40,696 bases of DNA from Asterionella formosa (Eukaryota): contig NKIB01009067.1 of the NCBI GenBank assembly GCA_002256025.1, positions 62,001 to 102,696 on the forward strand. The letters are read 5' to 3'. Below, piece by piece: positions 23,423-34,311 of the stretch (its first letter is position 1; the number at the start of each line of letters is the position of its first letter). The notes beneath the pieces were generated by a model that saw only the letters and a program-made list of their open reading frames with translations, did no database searches and was not told where the DNA came from. The position numbers and the translations under genes are program-made.

Positions 23423-24235
23423 TTAGGTCTTCGCATTTTTCGTGCCCTTGCTTCCCAATACTGCTTCCGCCCATCGTTCCAATACCATTTGTTGGTAGGA
23501 CTTTTCTTGCTTCACTATTTCTGGTGCATCTTCCTTTACTTGGAAGATGTCAGCAAGAATTTGACTTCGTTTGTTCATGACACGAAAGTGCGCCCTCTTT
23601 TTTTGAAACTTTAGAATTGCCCTGGCCCGACGGACTATGAATTGCCTATTCTTCATGCGTTTCAAATGACGAGTTCCTCTCTTTCCGGTCCGCTTTGGAA
23701 TGTTGGCATAGGCTTCCTCTAAAAGACGTGCTGTTTCCTCATTTGAATATCGAAGAGGGGGGAAAACACCTCCACCACTCTATTTGTATACATGATATTA
23801 TAGGTAAAAATAAGATCGGATGTGATCATAACAGCAACAGCCATAACCACCATGATAAAACCTCATGTTACATACCTGTTCCATAATCTTTTCACGTTCT
23901 ACTCTTGCTCGTTCTGGTGCCAATAATTTTTCCATTTTCTTTCGAACTGACTTTCCTCCTCTCGATTTGTTTCCTGACATGGCAGCATCTGTCACGTGTA
24001 ACGTTTGACCAGTTTCAAAGCCATCAACTTGAAGAGTACGTTGAAAATTAACCCATTCTTTATGTTGTTCATTGAAGGAATCCTTGACAACTGATTTCCT
24101 CGATGACTTCTAATTGAGTTTCATCATGTAAAGCATGGGAGAGGGGGGAACGAGTGTCAGACACAACGGTGTGTGATGCCATGTGTGCCACAAATGAAAA
24201 CGACTGTTTTTTGTATACAATATATAATTATAATA

Positions 24236-24284
<49 letters not shown>

Positions 24285-24512
24285 CATTGTGTGCATATAG
24301 TAGTCTATCGGTACCAGGCAATGGTGACTTACCGCTCCTTGCTTCTTGTTTCTTGCGCCCTTGGGTGGTGCTTGACGGGCAAAGGACCGAATCTGATCCA
24401 TGTTAAATTGACTAATAGTTGGCAAAATCGCTGGTTTAATGGAAGATGATCTACCTAGATGAACTTGTGCAAAACGTCGGGTCAATGACGATGTGAGTAG
24501 TAGAAAGGACAT
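23423..24512 (-). CDS. Uncharacterised basic protein with mitochondrial-type presequence; 3 exons
   Basis: Exons 24512-24333, 24109-23876 and 23779-23423. Phase-0 GT-AG introns 24332-24110 and 23875-23780 give one continuous frame (..QIRSFARQ..KKQGA|KSSRK..EWVNFQRTLQVDGFETG..KIMEQ|SGGGVFPPLRYSNEETARLLEEAYANIPKRTGKRGTRHLKR..). Confidence 0.8.
24242..24283. repeat. (CA)21 microsatellite in intron 1 of the 3-exon gene
   Basis: Perfect CA run. Confidence 0.95.
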
Positions 24513-24530
24513 GGTGGAATAGTCATGGGG

Positions 24531-24900
24531 AGTACCAGGACCGGTAATCAGTTTAACTACAGTATGTATGGTGAAACGATGAATTTGATGAACGACGAAT
24601 GTTGGCTGCTGATGAGGATGCTTGTGTTTACTGGCAAGTACTTGTTACCTGGTACCTGGTACCTGGCACCGGGCACCTGGGACCACTACCAGGTACCATT
24701 ACCTGGTACCTGGTACTATGATGCACCACCAGGGACCTTTTTGCGGGTACTACCTGGTACCTGGTACCAGGTACCAGGTACCGGTATCTATTTTAGAATC
24801 CACTTTATGTAACAATACTACGGTACATATGTACCGGTATGAAATAAAATGATTCGGACGTGGTCGTATATGGTAATGGTACCTGGTACCTGGTACCTGG
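24531..24900. repeat. Largest cluster of the palindromic 7-bp (CCTGGTA/TACCAGG) repeat, between divergent genes
   Basis: Many GGTACC, CCWGG and ACCGGT units; perfect 30-bp palindrome TACCTGGTACCTGGTACCAGGTACCAGGTA at 24751-24780. Confidence 0.9.
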
Positions 24901-24902
24901 TT

Positions 24903-24998
24903 CCTGCAAGTTGCGGTCATTTTGCTTAAACTAACATTTTAATCTGGGATAAAGATAGCTAAACTTTTAGTTTCAGCAAAATTACCGCAACTTGCTGG
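24903..24998. mobile_element. MITE-like element, family A, copy 2 (best-preserved 24-bp TIRs)
   Basis: Left CCTGCAAGTTGCGGTCATTTTGCT; right AGCAAAATTACCGCAACTTGCTGG (its reverse complement matches the left end at 22/24). AT-rich interior, no coding capacity. Confidence 0.78.
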
Positions 24999-25267
24999 TA
25001 TACTTATGCGTAAAAGATTATTACGCAGGTAACCAGGAGTGGCTGGTACAGGTACCAGTAATCGAGGTCTGGACAGAGGTCTACCTAAAATGCACACAAG
25101 ACTGTACATATAATTAATTCCGCTGTAAAAACACGATACATAAAAGCAAAACTTAACGAAACGCGTAAATCAATGTCCACACAGCCAACATAAAGATTAC
25201 ATATACCCATCAAGGAACCAACTCCGCTGCACAATACGGGAGAGTACTTTGCTGGAAGTCATTATCT

Positions 25268-26634
25268 ATGGCTAGTACCGGTATAGTTTATTCTGTAATG
25301 ATGCATCGACGACGATTCCTCCATGTTGTGACAACAACGATTGCATTGTCATTTGTACTTGTCTGCGGCGGCTGCTTCTGCGAGGCACAACAACACCATG
25401 ATGGTGTTAAAACGTGGCACCGTGAACGGAGATTGGATACAATTGTTACAGCAACATTAGAGACTAGTATTAACATCACGGCGACAGAGCAACCGAAGGC
25501 AGTAGAACCCGTTACGTCGGAACCGAAACCAACAGGAGAGACTCAAGGAACGCAAGTTATTGCAACGAATGACGAATCTAATAAGGGTTCGATTCCACCA
25601 AAGGAAACTGTAAAAGATCCTTGTGCCACATCCAATTCATGTGAGGAATGCAAAACCTTGGCCTCCACTTTGACGAAGGAAGGTTACACATGTCTCTGGG
25701 AAAAGAAATCATGCCGACAGTCAGATCTGAATACCAACAACAACAATTATGACATGTGTGCTGCCAGTGAGTCTCAACTCAACGACTCCGAATCATCCAG
25801 TATGGGAACTGGAGGGGTTCTTGTGGGCATGGTTGTCATTGTTCTTGTTGTGGTTGGGTTGGTATTGCTGCGATGGAAACTTATGGGTGCAAGCACTGAA
25901 TCTGTTGCCAAGGACTTTGGAAATATTTTTAATCCTTCGATGAAGAAAAAGGCTTCGTTGGGGAGAATGTCTGAAACGTGAGTTTTTCGTGTTGGCCCAT
26001 GCTGATGCGAGATATAATGCGTGTTTGTGTGATCTTTTGTATTAAGTTATATATACGTGCACATTTTCTGACGTTTATATTTTGTTCGCACCAAAGTGTT
26101 CCTCTTGCCAATGCTGCTACAGATGACGACGAAGAGTGGGGTTGGGAAGACTCAACTGCAGGAGGTGGAGACGTTGAATTGAGTAATGCTTCATTGAGAG
26201 GTAAAGACGATGACGAAGATCTAATCAAGGCTTTGGCGATGGAGAAGAGCACACCAATCCCAAAGTTTGCAATCCCGCCAAGGAAACATGTTTCGGATTC
26301 GCCTTCAACGAGACTAAGCAAGAACCGACCACCTCCTAGCCCTCCATCATTCCCTCTTGCTGATCCATCGATAATGCCAATGCAGATGCAAATTACCAGT
26401 CTGGGACAACAGGCTGCTAAACCAAACAGGACAGCAAGGCCAAAAAAGGCAAGTCCGGAGGACGACCTCTTTGCTTCCATGGGTCTGGCGTCAAAGCCAA
26501 CTTTTGCAAAACCATCAGCTGCCAAATCATCTGCATCAGCCAGCTCATGGAAGAATCCAACCATGGCAGAATCTGTTGATTCAGGAGAACATTGGGACGA
26601 TGATGGGGATTTGGATGATCTTTTAAATGATTAA
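25268..26634 (+). CDS. Type I membrane protein: signal peptide, Thr/Pro-rich stalk, small PSI-like Cys domain, TM, acidic Trp-containing cytosolic tail; 2 exons
   Basis: Intron 25978-26096 (GTGAGT..AAG) joins ORFs 25268-25981 and 25978-26634 (MSET|VPLA). Cys pattern C..SCEEC..CLW..C..C; TM GVLVGMVVIVLVVVGLVLL. Start at 25268 or 25298. Confidence 0.8.
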
Positions 26635-26689
26635 GATATTCATACTACGATGCTAGGGTTCGCTTGTGAAATTTCCAATTCGTGATTTT

Positions 26690-27220
26690 CTATAATCCCG
26701 CTAATTCAAGGTCCAATTGGTAGAGTTCCTTAATTTCCTTCGAAAGAACTTCACCTAGTGTGTCGTCACCTCCATCAGACCGCGTATATCTCCATGTGTT
26801 ATCATTGTATTCGTATCGCCGGGGTCCTGATAGTGGGGATGACCACCACAGTTGCTGATTTGGGGTCTGTTTGTTGATGACCCAAATTCCATGAGGAGGG
26901 AAATGCATGGTTAGCACACCAGACGAGTATTCCACTTCTAACCCTGGAACTTGTTCCTCCAACAGAGCTTCAATAGAATCTTGAATAGTATGCAATGTTT
27001 CATCTGCAACGTTGTGAAAATCGCCTTCGGTTTGAAAGAGTCGCAGTTGTTGTTGAGTACTATTGGGTCGTGTCAACCGATGATACTGACTTGATGATGA
27101 CAGTTGCTGCGGGGCATAATAATAGGTGCGAACTGCTGCTCGATGAGTTAGGATTTGGTGTACCACCCTCGTGATTCCTGTCCTGAAGAGAACTTGACTT
27201 TGGGAGGTGGAGCCAATCAT
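26690..27220 (-). CDS. FXN: Frataxin, mitochondrial
   Basis: FHNVADETL, VEYSSGVLT, WVINKQTPNQQLWWSSPLSGPRRYEY; Arg/Ser-rich presequence; ATG at 27220. Confidence 0.95.
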   Translation of the reverse strand: MIGSTSQSQVLFRTGITRVVHQILTHRAAVRTYYYAPQQLSSSSQYHRLTRPNSTQQQLRLFQTEGDFHNVADETLHTIQDSIEALLEEQVPGLEVEYSSGVLTMHFPPHGIWVINKQTPNQQLWWSSPLSGPRRYEYNDNTWRYTRSDGGDDTLGEVLSKEIKELYQLDLELAGL

Positions 27221-27320
27221 TCTCAAATATGGCTACCGGTATATGGTAAAGAATTTTATGCCAAGATGATTGTGAACAATCAAGCAACCATCAGTTACTG
27301 CAAAAATAGTACACAAGGTA

Positions 27321-27399
27321 CCTGCAACTTGCTGTAATTGTGCTTTAGCTACATATTTCGCTTTCTTTATCCAATATTAAATTGTTCATAACTTGCTGG
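27321..27399. mobile_element. MITE-like element, family A, copy 3 (inverted, internally deleted)
   Basis: CCTGCAACTTGCTGTAATTGTGCT...TCCAATATTAAATTGTT..AACTTGCTGG aligns with the reverse complement of 21334-21428. Confidence 0.65.
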
Positions 27400-27646
27400 T
27401 TGGGCGGTAAGAGATGGTACCCCGGTGTCAGAGTGTGTCTGTTAGGCTGTTGATGTCGACAGGTGTCCGAAGACTAGGTAGTCTGAGGAATGTATGTCTA
27501 AACGGAAATAGACAGGATTTATATACCGTAGCAGAAGAATCTGCAGACGAGCGGCGTGAGAAAGATCTTGACCGGTCATTCCAGGGCAGTACTGGAGCGC
27601 GCTAGAGTAGCGCCATATATTTCAACACCCCGGTACCGGTATTCTG

Positions 27647-27727
27647 GTTGAAAATAACTGCGGCGATTGTTAAAATTTCTCCGGGGCGATTTTGATTCAT
27701 ACGATTTTCTCCGGCTCAATTGCCCTA
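27647..27727. repeat. Dispersed repeat family B, copy 1
   Basis: GTTGAAAATAA..AAAATTTCTCCGGGG..ATTTTGA..ATTTTCTCCG.CTCAATTGC shared with 32821-32906. Confidence 0.75.
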
Positions 27728-28349
27728 ATGTGCAAAATCACACAAGTTATAGATCCGTGTATACCGGGGGTAATATATATTTAGTAAATTTAAAATTGGC
27801 AACTATCTATCAAAAAAACGTTTTTGGGCTTTTTCGATTTTCACTTATGGCTATTTCGAGCAAAATGCAGATGCATGAGGACCCATTTTTCTTCGAACCA
27901 TCTATTCTCAACATACTTACGAAGTAGGATATAACAGTAGAACAACGGCAACTTTATGGAATACGCAACCACGAAAGTTGCTATGGTGGGAAGAAGAAAA
28001 CGGCGGTCTTCTCGTTTTGAGGAAATCACCATTAAATATCTGGCAGTATGGTCAATGTAAGTGCAACAAACCGCAGAGAGTATACCAAATGACAGTTACT
28101 CTATTCAAGCTATAAATATGATAGTGGCTTGTTCTATTGGTTTCCCGCAAATATTTGAGTGGCCGGCCGATGTAAAATGGCATTTGGCAATTTGCACATG
28201 TTAATAATTAATGTATGTATCATTCAACACGTCACATATCTATTCAAGTTTTTCTCCAGCCCTGCTTTAAAGCTGTTTTGACAACTTATGTTGTCAGTTC
28301 TATCCTCACTCATTGTCTTACTTAACGTTCACTCAATTTATTCACCATA

Positions 28350-28453
28350 CTCTAAGAGCCACATGGGCTCCTTGCCTGACTCACACCTATTACAGTTACA
28401 AAAGATTTCTCCTCCAAACTCTAAGACCCACATGGGCTCCTTGCCAGACTCCA
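28350..28453. repeat. Duplicated ~33-bp unit, with a related copy near 12802-12843
   Basis: CTCTAAGAGCCACATGGGCTCCTTGCCTGACTC and CTCTAAGACCCACATGGGCTCCTTGCCAGACTC. Confidence 0.7.
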
Positions 28454-30165
28454 ATGTCCTACATCTACAATCCTGGCCTTCTGGGCCAGTCCCAGTGTGA
28501 CCCAACGAACTCCACTATAGTCGAGGCTCTATAACGTGTCCATTACAAAAATTCTCAGCAACTATGCAGGTATCAGAAAGTATTTCCGTCACCAATAGAT
28601 TCATTTAGTGTCCGAACAGATTTTCTTGTCCAAAAAAAATATGCAATGACGTCATTTTGCTTACTCCTCTACCTAAATGGAGAACATCAGTTACGATCTC
28701 TTGGCATGACTAGTACCTGAAACAGTACATACGAGATTTTTTCATGAAATGACCACAATCACCTTTGAAATGAGTTGAAACAAGAGGAGAACCACCGGAC
28801 AGATGAGAACTTAAAGTGATCGATATGCAAGGCCCAAACGAATTCTTGACGAATATACTACTGTTATGATGGGCATTCAAACCCGGGTAGCTGGTATTGG
28901 TAATTATGATATCAAAAAAGTAGAAAAAATAGTTTTTGTGGTAACAATCAAGTAAAATATAACACGGTTTGAGGGTAAAAAATCTCCATGTATAGATTAA
29001 AAAATAAGGACTGAAAGTCAACGTTAGCATGAGTCAAAATGGGTAAAATCAAATGGCTTAGATCCCCATAAATGTTTGCTCTACTTCGGAACTGATTAAA
29101 TGATAGCTATCCCTCCTGTTCTATCAATTACAATAAAGTTCGTACTTGGTTCAAATTTTATCATTTCAGAAACTTCGATGATTTTAGTTGGAAGAAGGAG
29201 TTACTTAACGTTGACTCTCAGTTTTTAGATGGTACTACTTCTGGTTAGGTAATTCACTTTGAATGCAAAAAGAGTCAAATTAGAACTAAAACATGCCGTT
29301 ATATTCTCAAGTCCCTGTCATTCCCTTTATGAAGGATTACAATGTTTTGAATATCCAAACTAAGTTGTTTCATCTTTCTTTGCTTAACCCGTGGAAGGTT
29401 TGAATATTTCGACCAAGATGTGCTTGATAGAAGCTCAGTGGAAGCCTTTTTAATCAGAGTGAGCCAGTTTCGTGATATGGCTACCACATTTGTTTTCAGC
29501 CCTGCAGATACCTTCTCCTATTACAAAAGTTGTTTGAAAGAAAATGTTGACTTACTAGGGCATGCTAGAGCCAAAATTGGTTTTGTTTGGGAAAGAGAAT
29601 TCTTGTAACAGTGAAATATTATCAGGGGGGAATGGAAGTGAGTATTGAAATTATATCATCAATAAGATCCAAAGGGTTGAATTTTTGGACAACTGCACCT
29701 GCGGCTTTGACAAGATTAATATGCCTTTACCACATTTTGGTAATTCTAAAGTTCTTTCTTTCTTGCCCTTTATCCCAACAAAAATTCACTGCTGAGTAGA
29801 TTGTTTTCATAGCTAGTTTTCTACATTTGACTAAAATGAAGCGAGGTGCTAAAAGTCCAATTACACACTGCAAATGATTTGACTTTGATTACAGGCATGC
29901 TCACATCAGCAGCGAAATTCGATGAGCTTTGGTAAGACTATAATCTGTGGTATACTGCCAACAGTATTGAGTGCTCAACTTACACCAAAATGAAACAATG
30001 CATCTCTCCAATAAATGGTCCCTTTTGACTTGAAATCGAACAAAAATAATAATACATAAACATGTCGTTCGCAGGTTTATCTGTATAAAAGTAGGTAACA
30101 ATTGATATGAATCAGAAATTTTTACCCCTGTTGACTAATTTGAATTCATGGCCTTCGCTATTACC

Positions 30166-31675
30166 TTAGCATGTTCTCACATCCTGACTGAGAGCATCAT
30201 ATGCCTCCATAGCTTCACGCTGAAGAGCAGCATGATGAACATGCTTAGCCCGGAGTAAAGTATTCAAGATTGGATGATCCAGGTTTTTGGGATTAACTAA
30301 AAGATTTTGTGCCTTTGTTGAATTCTCAGCAATCAATTTAAGGCATTTCATCACCAATGTAGCATCATGAGCTGATGCTAGGCGTGTTCCAGCAACAACA
30401 GCTGGTGGGCGAGAGGCACCAAGCAGGTCTTCGGCAAGGGCTTGGAGAACTGCGCGGGATTCAAGGGCAGAACCAGCAATGATAGTGCGAAGGCGAGCAT
30501 GTTGAGTGCGATTCAAGGTAGTAAGTGCATTGGTCAGAACACGAAGCGCCATGGAACGCATAAGTCCCCCATGAATTTCATTGCCAATAGGGATACTTTT
30601 GGGGGCTGATGTACTGGAATGGTTCTTGGTAATACTTGTTCTAGCTTTGTTCGTATCAGTGCTTGATTGAAAACTTGCCTCGACACCATGGGCAACTTCT
30701 TCTACCTCCCCGGGCAGCATACGATCTCTAATTAATTGAAAGATAATTGTATGCACATCTTTCAACGCATGATCATCGGCTGCTCCATCGCGGTTTGGAG
30801 ACGGACGACCGAGAACTGTAAGGCTCACATGAGTTGCCAGTTCTGGCCCGCAACAAAGAACATCCGTTAAGTTGATTAATGACTCCATCCCATGCTGTTG
30901 TGCCCCAATGCGGTCTTTCTTCAAGAGGGCAACCGCATGCTCCATCTCCACAACAGCTTGTGATCTAGGATCACACAGCGCCGCTCGCTTGATAATATGA
31001 CTATCTTCGCTTCTTTCGGTCACTCTCGGAAATTCCAAACTTGAAGTTTGGTATGGTTTGCGTTTGTCCTCCCCCGAAGAGTATGACATGGCTGCCATCA
31101 AGATGGCTTGACAAGAACGATGAAATGAAATGACGCTTCCTCGTGTTCGCACGACTTCAACGATAACAGCGTGCGAAAAGTCTGGAATGGCATCCACGCC
31201 GTCCAAGGCAATAGAGTAGGGTGCCTTGTGTCCCCTCCATAAGTGAATGGAAAAATGGACGCGATCGACGGTCATGCAAGTGGCAATTTGCTTTATGTTC
31301 AGGAAAAGTGCGAGATGAGGCAACCAGCACTAACATGCATTTGAAGCTTCAATGAAAATGACTTACGTTTTCATCGTCATACTCGACCGAGATACTCCTC
31401 GTTGCAAGAGCATGCGATATTCTCGCAGCCACCATCGAAGGCGATGCATCTGTAATTAAAGCTGCGCACCTTGGATTCATGGGAGGATAAAAAGCGGGGA
31501 TGGGTTTTAAGAGGGCATCATTGACTTTCCATGGCATTTCCTCTAGAGTTTCTTTATGTCCAGCAATTAGGAGCGAAGGGCGACTCCTTGAGGATCCCAA
31601 ACTTTGACCCGAAGTGACGGAAGCGTTGGAGGAATTCCGGCTTAGGGAAGGAGGTCTTCCAATCGGCCGCGACAT
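30166..31675 (-). CDS. Uncharacterised protein with a KA1-like alpha/beta domain followed by an ARM-like helical region; 2 exons
   Basis: Exons 31675-31367 and 31290-30166; phase-0 intron 31366-31291 (GTAAGT..AAG). Pattern VAARISHAL..VEY..ATC..FSIHLWRG..VIVEVVRTRGSVISFHR. Gene model is well supported; the domain call is tentative. Confidence 0.75.
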
Positions 31676-32820
31676 TTTATCTCAAAATTAACTATCGAAG
31701 GACTAGGGGAAGGGAGATCGTCGTTTTTCCTTATCTATTCAATAGAACGATGGACTTGAAAATGCGATGGACTTGAGAATGGAATGGACCCGCAACAGTT
31801 TTGAACCTTGCTAGGGACTGAATATATGACTGCTTTTATGGCTGGAACAGACCGCGTTTATAGTGGCTGCCCTTCGAAGTATACATGAATCAAGGAGCAA
31901 GACTTAATTAGTAGGGGTGACTGGATATGAACAATCGAATAGGGAAGGCAAAGTGTGAAAGGATGTTGCAAACAAGGACAGGGCGGCGACGAACAAATAG
32001 TGGGAAACGTTTGGTGACTGTCTGGGTGCGCACTCTGCATCAGGAATCGTCAATATTGAGTGTAGAGCTACATACCGGTATATGCCGTATACATAGATAT
32101 ACTACAGTATGTCTCGCTTGTAAATAGCACGCTGTGGCTCGAGTAATCCTCGGAGGGAATAAGACCAGGTATTAGTACCTGTCGTAGTGCTTTCACAGTA
32201 CAGTGGAGGACGAGCGACCCGGCTGCAGAAGCGCCACGACTTACCAATCTTTTGTCGTGGAGACCATGATAAGGTGGTGTCTCTCGCATTGGCGATGAGT
32301 TGAACATTGGAGCGGACTTTACATAGCGATGTATGCTACCGATAGGAATCTATAAATAAAATCTGAAAATATTTCTATTCCAACTTGTACGGAGCAGAGC
32401 TGGCAAGGCAAGCTAGGAGTATCATGAAACATCATTTTGTATCCAATATTCATTTATAGCTGAATGTGGTACTCCGTATTTCGCTAGCTAAGATTTCGAA
32501 CCGATTCCATCACGAATCAAATCTCACATGATGGGCCTATCCAAAAATGTATGTATGAATGAACTTCTTGTTCATGTATTACTGCATGTATATATTAATG
32601 TTTATATCTATTAATAAAAATGTATTTATGAATGGATATATGAAAGTGTGTAATTATGTTCAGTACTATGTACCGAAACACTCTTTTTGTTGACTGTGTA
32701 TATAGTATCGTCCATTAAATACCAACCCAAAAATTGGTGAATCGATTCTTAAACACCAGTATCATACAGAATTGCTTGTGTAAAATGGTGTTCCAAACAT
32801 GTGCAAAAGCCTTATGTATA

Positions 32821-32906
32821 GTTGAAAATAATTGCAGGCAGTGATTCATAAAATTTCTCCGGGGTCATTTTGACTCCTACAATTTTCTCCGACTCAATTG
32901 CTCTAC
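32821..32906. repeat. Dispersed repeat family B, copy 2
   Basis: Homologous to 27647-27727; directly followed by a GGTACC/ACCGGT cluster (32905-33075). Confidence 0.75.
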
Positions 32907-34131
32907 CGGTACCGGGTAGTTAGTATTATGTGCCTTGCTCTTACTACCGGTAGCTATAGATTGAGCTATGTTACCTGGTACCAGCACTTCATGTACCATC
33001 CTAGATTTACCGTACCTGGTACCTGGTACCAGGTGAGCGATCCCGCGAATCAATACAGATACCGGTAGACCGGTATAAAGGGTTGGTATTATATACTATA
33101 TTTCAGAACTCAATATCGAGAGAACTCGACTAACATTTATGGTATACTTAGGTTGTACATCAAGATTAACTAATAAGCTCATATAATCAAACTACTACTT
33201 CTAGTTAGATGCTTCACCAGGTACCCTGGTACTATAATTAGATGGTATAAGTCCTATATAGATCACCTACTCTTGCTTGCCTTGGCCTCACCAGTCACAA
33301 ACATGACCAGACAATTCTTGTTACTTTTCTTCCAGATATCTCATTACTTCATGAGATGGGGTGGATGTTATGAATCACTGTCCTATCATGACATAGATTC
33401 ATGTGTCTGTCTGCTTGTCTGTGAACGCCTGTCTGGTGTTCTCACTCTACTCTCGTCTATCTCTACAAAAGTACTTAAAATATACTCTATTCGCTCTTTT
33501 GACACCCCCCCCCTTCCAAACTCTTATTGAGCTTTTCAGGTTTGTTAGTTGACTCACACTACTCTCCTCCTCCTCATTCATCCTCGTCGTTGTTCGCTAT
33601 CATTCCCTCTTTCACTACAATCATCATTCTTGCACCCAATAAATTGTAAACTATGCCGAAAGCATGGAAAACCGGATTGATAAACATGATGGACTCTGCA
33701 TGGGAAGTTCTATGTAGTTGTTGCATACTCTGAGCTTCTCTTTCTCACACATAAGTCCTCCTCTCTAAATCATAGCCTTCCATGAAAGAAAAATCAAGAT
33801 TCAATGAAAACAAGAAAGTCATTTTCAAGGCTTTGTTGTTGGCGCTTTTCTTGGTATGTTGTTAGTTGTTTAATCTATTGTCTTGGCATTCGTTTATTGC
33901 ATACACTCACACAAGTAATAATCTAGCTTGTGCTTCAGAAGCTTAAATGCCTTGTGACATTTCAAGGACAAATAAGGTAAGAAGAACTATGATTGCTCTC
34001 TGCGCTTTGCAATTGTTATCAATTCAGCAGCTCTCACTGATTTATCTCTTCCCTATTTGCAGGAATCATTGCTTTTCAAGCTATATGAAGCAGATTCATC
34101 ATTATTGTTCGAAGAATCATTGTCACCATCA

Positions 34132-34214
34132 GGATTAGGACTAGGACTAGGACTAGGACTAGGATTAGAATTAGAATTAGAATTAGAATTAGAATTAGAA
34201 TTAGGAATAGGAAT

Positions 34215-34260
<46 letters not shown>

Positions 34261-34311
34261 ACAGGAACAGGAACAGGAACAGGAACAGGAGCAGGAGCAG
34301 GAGCAGGAGCA
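34132..34311. repeat. Compound hexamer microsatellite, 30 units
   Basis: GGAYTA x6, GAATTA x6, GGAATA x2, GGAGCA x7, GGAACA x5, GGAGCA x4. Confidence 0.95.

Noticed and set aside
24525..24852. ORFs with PGTWYLVPGT-like peptides (also 11551-11787, 4492-4748, 36945-37337)
   Set aside because: They are translations of the stop-poor 7-bp GGTACC repeat, not credible proteins.
25929..26564. 211-aa minus-strand ORF
   Set aside because: Antisense to exon 2 of the type I membrane protein gene and runs through its intron.
27405..27620. GC-richer patch considered as a solo LTR or ncRNA
   Set aside because: No second copy, TSD, primer-binding site or recognisable RNA motif in the window.
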